64,000 nt of DNA from an uncultured delta proteobacterium (GTDB taxonomy: Bacteria > Myxococcota_A > Polyangia > Fen-1088). Positions within the stretch are counted from its first letter, which is position 1. Every line of letters starts with the position of its first letter. This document shows, in pieces, positions 13,466 through 23,043 of the stretch. Made by a program: the position numbers and the translations under genes. The DNA is taken from assembly GCA_963755125.1 (NCBI GenBank), contig CAVWIP010000010.1:96001-160000 (forward strand), given 5' to 3'. A model generated the notes under the pieces. It was not told the origin of the DNA, did no database searches, and saw only the letters and a program-made list of their open reading frames with translations.

Positions 13466-14418
13466 AAACGGACCGTCTCGAACCTCACCAGATCCGCAAA
13501 GGCGGCGCAGCGGGATCGAATCGCCGTTTCATCCAGCGATCGGAAACGATCCAGGCTGAAGTCCTGGACGCAAAAGGAAGCCAGGACCGAGCCCACCACC
13601 AGCGCGGTACGAATCCCGGCCGGTGAGGTATCGCCGGTGCGGGCCAGCCAGCCCATGCAGCCGCCGGCGAAAGAGTCGCCAGCGCCCGTCGGGTCGACCA
13701 CGCTCTCCAGCGGAAACGCGGGCGCAGCGAACACGCCCGCTTCGCTGAAGAACAGCGCCCCGGCGTCGCCGCGCTTGATGACCACCGCGCCGGGACCCAT
13801 CTCACGAATCACACCGGCCGCCGCCGGTAGATTGTCCTTGCCTGAAAGCTGGCGAGCTTCTTCGTCGTTGAGCAGCACCATGTTCACCCGCTCGAGCACG
13901 CGCACAAGCTCGGATCGCTTGCCGCTGATCCAGAAGTTCATGGTGTCGCAAGCCACGAAGCGCGGGCGGCGCACCTGGCCCAGCACCTCAAGTTGCAGCA
14001 CGGGATCGATGTTGGCCAAAAATACGAACCCGCTGTCGGCGTAGGCCGGCGGCAGCTTGGGCCTGAAGGTCTCGAAGACGTTGAGCTGGGTATCGAGCGT
14101 GGTGCGATTGTTGAAATCCGCCGCGTAGCGACCGGCCCAGCGGAAGGTGCGGCCCGATGCCCGTTCCAGCCCGTCCAAATCGATGTTCCGGCTGCGCAGC
14201 AAGGCCTCGTGGTCCAGGGGAAAATCATTCCCCACCACGCCCACCAGGCGCACCGGCGCGAAGAACGAAGCGGCAAATGAAGCGTAGCACGCGGCGCCGC
14301 CCAGCACCTCGTCGCGCCGGCTGTTCTGGGTTTCGATGGTGTCGAGCGCCAACGACCCGACGACCAGCAACGGCGAGCCCGTAGCCTTGACGACGGTGCG
14401 GTCTGCATCTGCTTTCAC
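13462..14418 (-). CDS. PfkB-family carbohydrate/nucleoside kinase
   Basis: VVGSLALD, LGGAA, DPTGAGDSFAGG; GTG 14418 follows AAGGAGG. Confidence 0.92.
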   Translation of the reverse strand: MKADADRTVVKATGSPLLVVGSLALDTIETQNSRRDEVLGGAACYASFAASFFAPVRLVGVVGNDFPLDHEALLRSRNIDLDGLERASGRTFRWAGRYAADFNNRTTLDTQLNVFETFRPKLPPAYADSGFVFLANIDPVLQLEVLGQVRRPRFVACDTMNFWISGKRSELVRVLERVNMVLLNDEEARQLSGKDNLPAAAGVIREMGPGAVVIKRGDAGALFFSEAGVFAAPAFPLESVVDPTGAGDSFAGGCMGWLARTGDTSPAGIRTALVVGSVLASFCVQDFSLDRFRSLDETAIRSRCAAFADLVRFETVRF

Positions 14419-14515
14419 GACAATGCCTCCTTGGGCGACGTGAGCCCTTGCTACCACGAAAAGGTGCTACGGCCGAAACCCCTCATCAGCCCATGGTGGA
14501 AACGCAAACTCACAG

Positions 14516-15874
14516 CTACCAGCCGGCAAAGAGCTGGGTGAAAAAGAGCGGCACCACCCCGCCCTCGGCCTGGCCCACGGCCACACCGATTCCCACGTGG
14601 GTCATGTCGGGGTTGAGAATGTTGGCGCGGTGGCTGGGACTTCCCATGAACCCGTGCTCGACCTCCGACGTCGAGAAAGCCCGCCCCACGTTCTCGGCCA
14701 GCGTGCGCGGAACCGGCGAGATTTGAGCGGCGCGCACGCGATCCACGGCGCTGCCGCTCTTGTCCGATACGTGAACCACTTCACCTGTGCGCGCCATCTC
14801 GCGGCTGTGGCCGCGGGCGATCTCCTGCAAACGGGCGTCGCGCTCGAGTTCTGGCAGGCCAGCGGCCCTGCGGTCGCGGTTGAGCAGGGCCAGCAACTCG
14901 CGCTCGGCCTCGGCCACGTCCTGACGCCGGGTCACCTCGTTGCCGGTGACGGCGATGTGCGCGGGCGGCTCCACGCCGCAGTACAAAGGAAAATTCGCCA
15001 GCACCGCTGGCCCGTGGCCATCATCGCCTTCGATCTCCAACTGGTACACGCCATCGCCTGAATCACACGCGACCGTGAACTCGAAACGACCCTTGCGCGC
15101 CGACATGGCCATATTGCGTACAGCTCCGCGCGGGCTGGCCAGCAAGACCGCGGGCTGGACAAAGCTACCGAGCAGCCGGCCCACCAGGGTCACGGTGCCC
15201 CGCGAGGGCAAACGCCGCGGCAGCGCCCGCAGTTCCAGGTTCTGTGGTTGCAGGGTCAAAACGACGATCAGTTCGTCCGCGCCACGCTTGACCCCCACGC
15301 CCATGCGGCGCCAATCGCCCATCTTGAAAACCCCTGGTACCTGCTTGCGCAGGTCAGCCACGAGCGACACGTCACCTCCGGGCGAGCTGCGCACCATGAC
15401 CATGTAGGGCTCCGGCTCGACGATACCGTAGTGGTGCAACAGGAACGCGACGGCGTCGAAGGCGGGCAGACGCTTGGCCACGGTGGCGCGCGCGATGTCC
15501 GTCGCCACCAGGTCCAGGCGGCCATCGCGCAAGGGCACGGGCGCACGGACCGAGACCGCCGCCCGCTGCACCTCGACCGCCACCTGTGCCATCAGGAGAT
15601 CGGTATCACGTCCCGCACGGATCTGACCCAGTGGCGGCGCCTGATACTCCTGGGCTGCCGGGCTGCTGGGAACCAGCTCAGGAGCAGCCGCCGCTCCAGC
15701 AGCATTCGCCCCTCTCGATCCAGTGCAAAGCACGGCACCGATGGGGATCAAAAACAACGCTCCACCACGCCGTGATAACACTCGACCATCCTTCCCCTTC
15801 GCAAGCCGCGAAGATTCTCTTGGAACGCCGGAACATGACAACCTCTCTTCCGGCCCTGGGACCTCCCCTCTCAC
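14516..15874 (-). CDS. CAP (SCP-like) domain exported protein
   Basis: C-terminal LLNRDRRAAGL..ARGHSREM..AENVG..FMGSPSHRANIL..VGIGV; start uncertain, probably further downstream. Confidence 0.85.
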   Translation of the reverse strand: MRGEVPGPEERLSCSGVPRESSRLAKGKDGRVLSRRGGALFLIPIGAVLCTGSRGANAAGAAAAPELVPSSPAAQEYQAPPLGQIRAGRDTDLLMAQVAVEVQRAAVSVRAPVPLRDGRLDLVATDIARATVAKRLPAFDAVAFLLHHYGIVEPEPYMVMVRSSPGGDVSLVADLRKQVPGVFKMGDWRRMGVGVKRGADELIVVLTLQPQNLELRALPRRLPSRGTVTLVGRLLGSFVQPAVLLASPRGAVRNMAMSARKGRFEFTVACDSGDGVYQLEIEGDDGHGPAVLANFPLYCGVEPPAHIAVTGNEVTRRQDVAEAERELLALLNRDRRAAGLPELERDARLQEIARGHSREMARTGEVVHVSDKSGSAVDRVRAAQISPVPRTLAENVGRAFSTSEVEHGFMGSPSHRANILNPDMTHVGIGVAVGQAEGGVVPLFFTQLFAGW

Positions 15875-15944
15875 CCCTGTGCTCTCGGCGGCGGGTGGTT
15901 GACGAGCTTAATAGTCTCGCCCCCTTTGGTTCCGCCCGTGAGTC

Positions 15945-17336
15945 CTACGGCTTCTTGGCCGGCTTCTTCTCGGCAGTCTTGCCGGCCAGCTCCGTCTTGC
16001 CCTCGACCTTCTTGCCGCCCTTGGCCGGGCCCTCCTTGGCCGCTGGCAACTCTCCCTTCTCGTCGACGAACACGATCTCGCCGAACCGATCCAGTTTGTG
16101 GAAGTCGCCAACCATCGGCGCCGACCAGCCCAGCGCCGTCTGGGACTTGGCGTCCTTGGGCGAATCCATGCGGAACATGTTGAGGCGCCACTTGTCGCCC
16201 AGCGCCGGCGGAACCTTGACACCGTTGCTGTCCAGTCCGTTCACGTCCGCGAGCGGCAGCGCCATCTCCACCGTCCAGCCCTTGTCCTGATCGTCGCGCT
16301 TGTTGAGCGTGCCGTCGACCTTGACCGCCGCCTTCAACTTCGAGTTCCAGTCATAGGGCTTGCGCTTGGGATCCAAGCTGTCCTCGTACTTGCGGTAGGT
16401 GGGCAGATAGGTGTCGAAGATGGTGCCGTTGGGAGCCACCTGCAGCTCGATGTAGCCCTTGCCGTCACCGTTGGCGTCGATCATCACCTCGTCCATCTCC
16501 TGGGTCCACAGCTTGGAGTCGCGCTCGGTGAGCGTGCCCCAGATGTCGGTGTCGACGTTCTCGAACGCAATGTAGAGGTTCTGGTTATCCCAAAGCAGCT
16601 TGGCCTCGGTGTTGGGCTGCGCCGGCTCACCGGTCATGGTGTTCACGAACAATCCGGTTGAAGGGGCGGCCTTCCACGCGGCCTCGTCCAGCTTGCCGTC
16701 AAGCTTGATGGGCTTGGACGTCTTGCGCACCAGATACCGTTTGAGCGCGGGTGGCTCCTTGAGCTGAACCGGGACGGTCGCGGCCACAACACGATCCTCG
16801 TCACGCGGCCCGGACTTGATGGCCATACGCTCGTGCCCCCGCCACAGCCCCACGTACACGCTGAAACTGTTGAAGGCCCAACTCGGCGGCAGACGGAACG
16901 AGTGCTGGTCGCGGATGATGTCGCCCGCCTTCCAGCGCGTCACCGGGTACTTGCCGCTGACGGGTCCGTGGTCGACGTTGATGAAGCCCTGCTTGTTGGG
17001 GCCGCTGATATGGGTGAACAGCCTCCAGCCGTCGCTGGGCGCGGACTTCACCTTCCAATAGTGGGTCAGATGAACGTCCTTGCCGGGCTCCGCCGGATTC
17101 GGGGCCACGTCCATGCCGAGATACTCGACCTTGCCGTCCAGATCCGCGTGCGTCGCGAACTGCGGCGTGGGGTCGGAGGCCAGCAGGTTCTTCCTGACGA
17201 ATTCCTCGTCCTCTTTGGTCGGCTTGTCATCGGCCTGCTCCACGCAGCCGAAAGCAAGGCCAGACAGGGTTGCGACGCAAAGCCAACGGTCAGCGCGCAG
17301 CCGGACTGCACACAGCGTTCCTGAGACTCGTGACAT
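15945..17336 (-). CDS. lipoprotein with carbohydrate-binding family 9-like (DOMON-like) domain
   Basis: Lipobox LAFGC; IKLDGKLDEAAW, AKLLWDNQNLYIAF, GWTVEMALP, WRLNMFR; GGGAG RBS. Confidence 0.8.
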   Translation of the reverse strand: MSRVSGTLCAVRLRADRWLCVATLSGLAFGCVEQADDKPTKEDEEFVRKNLLASDPTPQFATHADLDGKVEYLGMDVAPNPAEPGKDVHLTHYWKVKSAPSDGWRLFTHISGPNKQGFINVDHGPVSGKYPVTRWKAGDIIRDQHSFRLPPSWAFNSFSVYVGLWRGHERMAIKSGPRDEDRVVAATVPVQLKEPPALKRYLVRKTSKPIKLDGKLDEAAWKAAPSTGLFVNTMTGEPAQPNTEAKLLWDNQNLYIAFENVDTDIWGTLTERDSKLWTQEMDEVMIDANGDGKGYIELQVAPNGTIFDTYLPTYRKYEDSLDPKRKPYDWNSKLKAAVKVDGTLNKRDDQDKGWTVEMALPLADVNGLDSNGVKVPPALGDKWRLNMFRMDSPKDAKSQTALGWSAPMVGDFHKLDRFGEIVFVDEKGELPAAKEGPAKGGKKVEGKTELAGKTAEKKPAKKP

Positions 17337-17478
17337 CGATGCTCTCCCTTTCCTAGCCGGTCAGAATGCGATCTCTTCGGACCCTGACCGGCGGGCCTTC
17401 TTCTACTGGAGACACGACGGATTTGCAAACCCTGGGCTCCGTCCGCCGACCCGCGAAGCGATGCTCGCCCTTCGGATT

Positions 17479-17727
17479 CTATCTTTTCGGCTGGGCGACC
17501 ACGCGGACCCTGGGTTGCTCGCCGATCTCGTTTATCAGGATGGGAACCCCATCCTCGAAACAGCCCGCCGAGAACGCATCGGAGGCCGCCTTGAGCGCGA
17601 GATCGAGCGAACCATGGACGCCCACCAGCCGGCGGCCACACACGACGGCGAATTGCCCGGCGTACCGCTCCAGCAAAGCATGCTTGCAGGTGTCGAAGAA
17701 GCGAGTTTCCTCTTGTGCGGAGAGCAT
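17479..17727 (-). CDS. small hypothetical protein, DUF5678-like
   Basis: FF..KHALLERYAGQFAVVCG..LVG..LDLALKAA pattern. Confidence 0.55.
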   Translation of the reverse strand: MLSAQEETRFFDTCKHALLERYAGQFAVVCGRRLVGVHGSLDLALKAASDAFSAGCFEDGVPILINEIGEQPRVRVVAQPKR

Positions 17728-17760
17728 GCCCCCAGCGTGGGGGCATGCCCTGCTCCCGTC

Positions 17761-17798
17761 AAAAAAACCGCATCTTGCGCGCCCGGGCGCGGGGATGC
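17761..17798 (-). terminator. probable intrinsic terminator after the 17800-18588 gene
   Basis: Minus strand GCATC..GCGC-CCGG-GCGC..GATGC hairpin followed by GGTTTTTTT. Confidence 0.65.
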
Positions 17799-17799
17799 T

Positions 17800-18588
17800 T
17801 CAGATCTTTATGCCCGCCAGCGGATCGTTGTCCAACTTCTTCTTGTGCGGCAACTGCGGAACTGCAGAAGGCTCGGCGCTCGGTTTGGGAGCGGTCGATG
17901 CCGAAACCGCCGCATGCCGCCCGCCTAACGGTCTGTGCCGGCTTCGGCTGCTTGAGGGAGTGGAAACCGGAGACGGCGCGGGCGCCACGGCCGCGGTCGC
18001 AGCCGGCGCGACGGCTGCCGCGGCAGTTGTCGGTGCCGCCGCGGCCTTGGCCTCACATGCCTTGAGCTTGATCTGCGCTTGCCGCTCCGCCAGCGCCGAC
18101 GCCTCCACGGCTTGAACGCGCGCTTCCTCAACACGCCGTATACTCGCGTCCTTCTCGGCCATGAGAGCCTGCGTGTCGTTCTGGAGTTTCACGTAGCCAG
18201 CGCCGGCCGCGCCCAGAAGCAGAACGGCCACCACGATGGCCGGCTTGGCTGACGATGTCGGCCGTGCCATCTGGGCAAAGGCCGCCGCATCGACTGGCGC
18301 GTCCCATGTGGCTGCCACGGGTCCCGGCTGGCCGAAGCCAGCCGCCGCGACCCTGGCCGTCCCGCCCATGCCAGTCTGGACTCCTGCCCGCGTCCCCTTC
18401 GCCGCCAGAGCCACGTCTGACCGCGGTGGCGGCGTGACCTGATCTCCCATGGGGTCCGGCCTCGCGGCCGCTGCCTTCTGGGAACGGCCGTTGCCGCCAC
18501 CGGCCGAATGGCCCTTCTTTCGCCGCTCCCTTCTGAGCCGGCGCAGTTCATTTAATGAGGTGAGTACTGAGTCCTCGGTCGCGGGCAT
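17800..18588 (-). CDS. hypothetical single-TM coiled-coil protein
   Basis: GGAGG RBS; N-terminal EDSVLTSLNELRRL; one TM; coiled coil; Ala/Pro linker; C-terminal DNDPLAGIKI. Confidence 0.7.
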   Translation of the reverse strand: MPATEDSVLTSLNELRRLRRERRKKGHSAGGGNGRSQKAAAARPDPMGDQVTPPPRSDVALAAKGTRAGVQTGMGGTARVAAAGFGQPGPVAATWDAPVDAAAFAQMARPTSSAKPAIVVAVLLLGAAGAGYVKLQNDTQALMAEKDASIRRVEEARVQAVEASALAERQAQIKLKACEAKAAAAPTTAAAAVAPAATAAVAPAPSPVSTPSSSRSRHRPLGGRHAAVSASTAPKPSAEPSAVPQLPHKKKLDNDPLAGIKI

Positions 18589-18779
18589 ATGCTACCTCCC
18601 ATGTCGAATGGACGGCCGCCTTGGGACGACCAGCATAACTAAGCACAGGCTAACGGCCACGCCCATCCGTGGATACCAGGCCGCGGTCCTCTTCCCCGAC
18701 GTGAACATATTAGCTTAGCACGAAATCGCGCATGATTCCCCACAGATCGGAAGCGCTGGATGACGCACCTGATCGCAGG

Positions 18780-19994
18780 CTAGCTCGAACGCACGGTCCA
18801 GCGAAAACCCAAAGCCAAGCCAAGCCAAACCGGCAAAAAGAAGGCAACCAGAATCAGGTTGTCTTGTGACAGACCAGGAAGCGCCTTGGCAAGGACGCCG
18901 ATGGCGGCGAAGCCAGCAGCCGTGGCCACGACCCAGAACGCCTTGCGTATGGCCGCTGGCCGTCCCAGCGCCGTCCCGACTCCGTAGCCGGCCAGCACGA
19001 CCGACCACGGCGCGAGGAGGAAAATGTTCGCATTGGCATAGGCAGCCTTGTGGTCGGTGAACAACCAGAATGAAAGCAAGATGAGCCCCAACAGACCGAA
19101 GACGAGTCCCAGCAGGCTGCCGGCAAAACCGAGTCCGACGCGCGCGACCGGATGGTTGCTGGCAAGTCGGCCGAGCCAAGCCAAGAGCGCGCCGAACGCT
19201 AGGCCCGCGGCCAGAAAGTACACGGTCCAATTGGGCGGCCGATCCGGCTTCGGAGGCCGGCGCGCCGCAAACAGGGTGCGTTCCGACTTGACCAGCGGCT
19301 TGTCGCCCGATTCTCCCGGGATGCGGACGTCGCGCAGAAGATCGCGCATTCGCTCCGGCAAGAACGCCTCGTCCCACAGAGTGATGGGGGCGTCGCTCGG
19401 CCGGCCCAGCCCCAGGTCGAGGCCGAGGTATTCGGGGAAGAAGTCCGCCGTCATGCGAAGCGCGTCTGCGCGAAAGGTCATGACCGCCGGTCGCTCGCCC
19501 ACCTGCCGGATCCGGCCGCCCACCACGCGGTCGATGGCATCGCGCACGCGGGTGGAGCAGTTGTCCCGGAAGTAGTCGTAGAGGTACTCCCGGTTCTCGG
19601 GTCGCGCGTTCTCGCGCAGGCTCTGCCACAAGCCCCATTTCTGGGCGGGCGTCAGATCCAGTTCCTGGGCCTCGATCGTCCGGTTGTCGGAAATGTACGA
19701 CGCGAACGTCCCCTCCATGGTCGACACCGACAGCCAGTACTTGAAGCGGCCGCGCAAGAACCTGGGGATGAGCGCGGACGAGTCGAAGGCGAAGGTGCCG
19801 AAGTTGTAGACCAGCCCGGTTTCCTCGGTCTGCACCAGGATGGCATTGTGTCCGAACTTGAAGAACGGATGGTCGCCGGGGCCGAAGGTGAGAACGAAGA
19901 CGGTGAGGTTCTCGCCCGGCTCAGCGCGCGCGAAACGCGCACCCGAGAGCACGAGTAGCGAGAGCCCCGTGGCGAGAACAATTCGCAAGCCCAT
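18780..19994 (-). CDS. DUF4105 / Lnb-like lipoprotein N-acyltransferase family membrane protein
   Basis: FGHNAI, YNFGTF, YLYDYFRDNCSTRVRD motifs; C-terminal TM bundle. Confidence 0.8.
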   Translation of the reverse strand: MGLRIVLATGLSLLVLSGARFARAEPGENLTVFVLTFGPGDHPFFKFGHNAILVQTEETGLVYNFGTFAFDSSALIPRFLRGRFKYWLSVSTMEGTFASYISDNRTIEAQELDLTPAQKWGLWQSLRENARPENREYLYDYFRDNCSTRVRDAIDRVVGGRIRQVGERPAVMTFRADALRMTADFFPEYLGLDLGLGRPSDAPITLWDEAFLPERMRDLLRDVRIPGESGDKPLVKSERTLFAARRPPKPDRPPNWTVYFLAAGLAFGALLAWLGRLASNHPVARVGLGFAGSLLGLVFGLLGLILLSFWLFTDHKAAYANANIFLLAPWSVVLAGYGVGTALGRPAAIRKAFWVVATAAGFAAIGVLAKALPGLSQDNLILVAFFLPVWLGLALGFRWTVRSS

Positions 19995-20051
19995 GGAAGA
20001 TGAACCTACCAGGTCACGGGCACGCGCCAGCGCAAATCCGACGCCGCAGCC

Positions 20052-20870
20052 TCACTGGGCTGCCCGCGGCCTATCCGGCACGATCTCCACCTCGAAGATC
20101 CGCGGCCACAGCTTGCCGGTGAGCACCAGATGCCCCGTGGACGGAAGGTATGCGATGCCGTTCAAAACGTCGGCGGCATGCGCCTCCTCGGGCGCGAGCA
20201 AGCCCGAAGCGTCAATCCATCCCGTCACATCTCCGGTGTGCGGGTCGATGCGCGCGATATGACTGTCTTGCCACACGTTGGCGTAGACGGCGCCATCCAC
20301 GCACTCCAATTCGTTGAGGCTGCGCACGGGCTGTCCGGCGCGACGGACCACGATCTCGCCCACCTTGGCGAAACTTTCCGGATCGCGCAGCGCAAGCGCA
20401 TCGCTGCCGTCGCTCATGACCAGATGGCGGCCGTCGAAACACAGGCCCCAACCCTCGCCTTGATAGCGAATCTCCCGTTCCTTGCTCAGCGTCGCCAGGT
20501 TCCAGACCAGCGCTCGCCCGTTCTGCCAGGTCAATTGCAACAGGCGGCCGCCCACCCGCGCCAGTCCCTCGCCGAAGAGATCCGCCGGCAGATCAACCCC
20601 GCGCTCGACCACACCGCTATCCGGGTCCACCCGACGCAGCGATGAGCGCCCGTAGAGCCCAGTGCTTTCATAGAACTTGCCCTCGAAGAAGAGCAGGCCT
20701 TGAGTGAACGCGCTGGGATCGTGCGGAAAAGTGCGGACGACCTTGAGCCGCAGCTTGGTTGCCGAAACTGTCTGCGCGGGACGATCTGTCGGCTTGGCGC
20801 AGGCGGAGAGCGCCCACAACGCCGCACAGGCAGCCACCGTGAAAAGATATGCACTTCGCCGCAAGGGCAT
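20052..20870 (-). CDS. glutaminyl-peptide cyclotransferase (beta-propeller type), lipoprotein
   Basis: FPHDPSAFTQGL, ESTGLYG, FGEGL, EGWGL, LNELE, VLNGIAY, TGKLWP. Confidence 0.95.
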   Translation of the reverse strand: MPLRRSAYLFTVAACAALWALSACAKPTDRPAQTVSATKLRLKVVRTFPHDPSAFTQGLLFFEGKFYESTGLYGRSSLRRVDPDSGVVERGVDLPADLFGEGLARVGGRLLQLTWQNGRALVWNLATLSKEREIRYQGEGWGLCFDGRHLVMSDGSDALALRDPESFAKVGEIVVRRAGQPVRSLNELECVDGAVYANVWQDSHIARIDPHTGDVTGWIDASGLLAPEEAHAADVLNGIAYLPSTGHLVLTGKLWPRIFEVEIVPDRPRAAQ

Positions 20871-20909
20871 GGCGGGGCCAATGATACCCGACTGTTCCCG
20901 GCGACACGA

Positions 20910-21575
20910 TCAGAACACGACCGGAAGGGCAAGGGCATGTCGCAGGCGCGCCAGGTATTCGTTGCGCGAGATCTCCACCGCTCCCAGGCGGTCCAGATGG
21001 GGCGTCGGCACCTGGGCATCGAGCAGCGCGAAACCACGCCCATGCAGGTGCTGGACAAGGTGTGCAACGGCAGCCTTGGAGGCATCGGTGCGGCGATGGA
21101 ACATCGATTCGCCTCCGAAGAAGCCGCCGATGCTCACACCGTAAAGCCCGCCCACCAGCTCGCCTTTCTCGTAGACCTCGACGCTGTGAGCGGCGCCGCG
21201 CCGGTGGAGTTCCGTGTACGCAGCGACGAAATCTCCGGTGATCCATGTGGTCGGTCGATCGGGCGCGGGCTCCGCGCACTTGCGCATCACGCCCTCGAAA
21301 TCCTGGTCGAGCACGAAGGTCCATCCGGCTCGACGCAGGCGCTTGCACAAGCTCCGCGACGGGCGATACGTCTCCAGGTCGAAGACTGCGCGGGGATCGG
21401 GAGACCACCACGTCACCATCGGATCCGAGGACCAGGGAAACACGCCCGCGCGATACGCGCGCAACAAAGTCTCCGGCGTGACGGCTCCGCCAACTGCCAC
21501 CAGCCCATCCATGACGCCATCAGCGAAAATATGCTCTGCGTCGTCTTGATCAAAATCTTCTTGCATGTCCACCAC
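20910..21575 (-). CDS. aat: leucyl/phenylalanyl-tRNA-protein transferase
   Basis: AYRAGVFPW, WWSPDPR, AHSVEV, LVGGLYGV, GESMF, DASKAA. Confidence 0.96.
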   Translation of the reverse strand: MVDMQEDFDQDDAEHIFADGVMDGLVAVGGAVTPETLLRAYRAGVFPWSSDPMVTWWSPDPRAVFDLETYRPSRSLCKRLRRAGWTFVLDQDFEGVMRKCAEPAPDRPTTWITGDFVAAYTELHRRGAAHSVEVYEKGELVGGLYGVSIGGFFGGESMFHRRTDASKAAVAHLVQHLHGRGFALLDAQVPTPHLDRLGAVEISRNEYLARLRHALALPVVF

Positions 21576-21729
21576 GGTCTTGATAGTGAATCGCTGCGTG
21601 ACAATTATCGCAGTGCCTCATGGGATGTCCCAGCACCAGCGTTAATTTTGTTCGCTTTATTTTCACATTCGAGTAAGGTACCGGCCCCAAGAGGCTTATT
21701 TAGAAGAGAACAACCCAGGAGACAAGGCT

Positions 21730-22113
21730 ATGACGAGGAAGCTTGCTGTAACGGTGTTTGCGATGTCCCTCACGCTAGTTGGCTGCGGTAGCAGTAGCAC
21801 GACCAAGCCAGATGCGGCTGCCGACGGGAAGATGATGGCGGACACTATGCCTGTCACGCCCGATACGGCGACAGCCCCAACACCAGACGGGCCGATGATC
21901 GCGGACGTCGCGGTCGATAATCCCGTTGCTACCCCTGACGGTCCGGTCGCCGACATGCCCGTGGTCGTCCCCGATGGCGGTATGCTTCCCGACACCAAGC
22001 CAGCGACCGACGTTCCGGCCCCGAAGCTTGATGCTCTGGATGCCCCTGGCGCTGATGTTCCGGCTCACGAGGTCGGCACCGTTGACGGTGGCGACGCCGG
22101 GCAAGAAGACTGA
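21730..22113 (+). CDS. small low-complexity lipoprotein (Asp/Pro/Ala-rich)
   Basis: AGGAG RBS; lipobox LVGC; repeated PDG/AD motifs. Confidence 0.75.
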   Translation: MTRKLAVTVFAMSLTLVGCGSSSTTKPDAAADGKMMADTMPVTPDTATAPTPDGPMIADVAVDNPVATPDGPVADMPVVVPDGGMLPDTKPATDVPAPKLDALDAPGADVPAHEVGTVDGGDAGQED

Positions 22114-22142
22114 GCAGCCCCGCTCGGTCTGCCTGCACTCGA

Positions 22143-22186
22143 GAAAGGGCTGGATCCAACCCGGAAGGGGTGGACTAGCCCTTTTT
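22143..22186 (+). terminator. intrinsic terminator
   Basis: GAAAGGGCT..TCCA..TGGA..AGCCCTTTTT hairpin with T-tract. Confidence 0.7.
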
Positions 22187-22339
22187 CCGTTGGGACGCAT
22201 TTCGTCTCTCGGCTAGGCAAAACTTTCATCCAAGGGACGAAAAAGGTCGCCATGGCCAAGGCCTTGCGCCAACGACGAGACACTCTTTTTTCAGGGTTGT
22301 CAGAGGCTTAGGTGGAAGAGACTCTGTTTTCTTGCGCCG

Positions 22340-22355
22340 TGGCACGAGGAATGCA
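22340..22355 (+). promoter_or_regulatory. sigma54 (-24/-12) promoter of the pilin gene
   Basis: TGGCACGAGGAATGCA: GG-N10-GC spacing, 20 bp before the pilin ATG. Confidence 0.75.
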
Positions 22356-22375
22356 ATAGTCGCTTCCGGGAAGTC

Positions 22376-22918
22376 ATGCGAAACAAAAAAAACAGCGGAT
22401 TCACTCTAGTGGAACTGATGATCGTGGTGGCAATCATCGGAATCATTGCCGCGATCGCGATCCCTGCCTTCACCAGGTACGTCAAGAGATCGCGTACTTC
22501 CGAAGTCGCCGGGTTTCTCAACAAGCAATGGGCAGGATCCGTCACCTACTACATGACGGACTTCTCGAGCGGCACCGGCGGGGTCCTGCCCCGCCAGTTT
22601 CCGGGCCTCGCTGGGTCATGGGAAGCCACCGGCGATTGCGCCTGCCTGGCGGGAGGGCGCTGTCCGGGCGGCGCGGCCGTCTGGGGGAGCGACGGAGTCT
22701 GGCTAGCGCTCAAGTTCTCCATCCCCGACTCGCACAGTTACATGCCGGGATATACCGGGTCGGGCAACGGGACCAGCGCGCAGTTCACCGCCTTTGTGAG
22801 AGGCGATATGGACTGCGACGGTACCTTGGCCCAGTTCTTCAGAAACGGCGGGCTCAGCTCTGGCGGCGGCGACGTGACCGGGGCTCGCCAGCCATATGTG
22901 ATCAACGAGCTGGAGTGA
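22376..22918 (+). CDS. pilA: type IVa pilin, probably the major pilin
   Basis: [23 protein letters not shown] prepilin motif; C-terminal GDMDCDG typical of deltaproteobacterial/myxobacterial pilins. Confidence 0.8.
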   Translation: MRNKKNSGFTLVELMIVVAIIGIIAAIAIPAFTRYVKRSRTSEVAGFLNKQWAGSVTYYMTDFSSGTGGVLPRQFPGLAGSWEATGDCACLAGGRCPGGAAVWGSDGVWLALKFSIPDSHSYMPGYTGSGNGTSAQFTAFVRGDMDCDGTLAQFFRNGGLSSGGGDVTGARQPYVINELE

Positions 22919-23043
22919 CTGCCGGCACCAAGCCCGCGGCTGGCGCGGGCTGAGCGAGCCCCGGGGGGCCTTGCCCAGTTGCGGCCTAGAAGTTGGGTCG
23001 CCAACAGCGGGTTGGATTGTGTAGTCTGTAGGCCGACGTCGTC

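Noticed and set aside
17366..17470. Possible SRP or 6S-like RNA in the intergenic gap
   Set aside because: Only short GC-rich pairings, and the SRP core motif is not properly matched. An Rfam scan would be needed; not supportable by eye.
22216..22262. GGCAAA..GGGACG..AAA resembling a c-di-GMP-I riboswitch upstream of the pilin
   Set aside because: No GNRA-capped P2 stem or convincing P3, and it lies upstream of the sigma54 promoter so it would not be in the transcript
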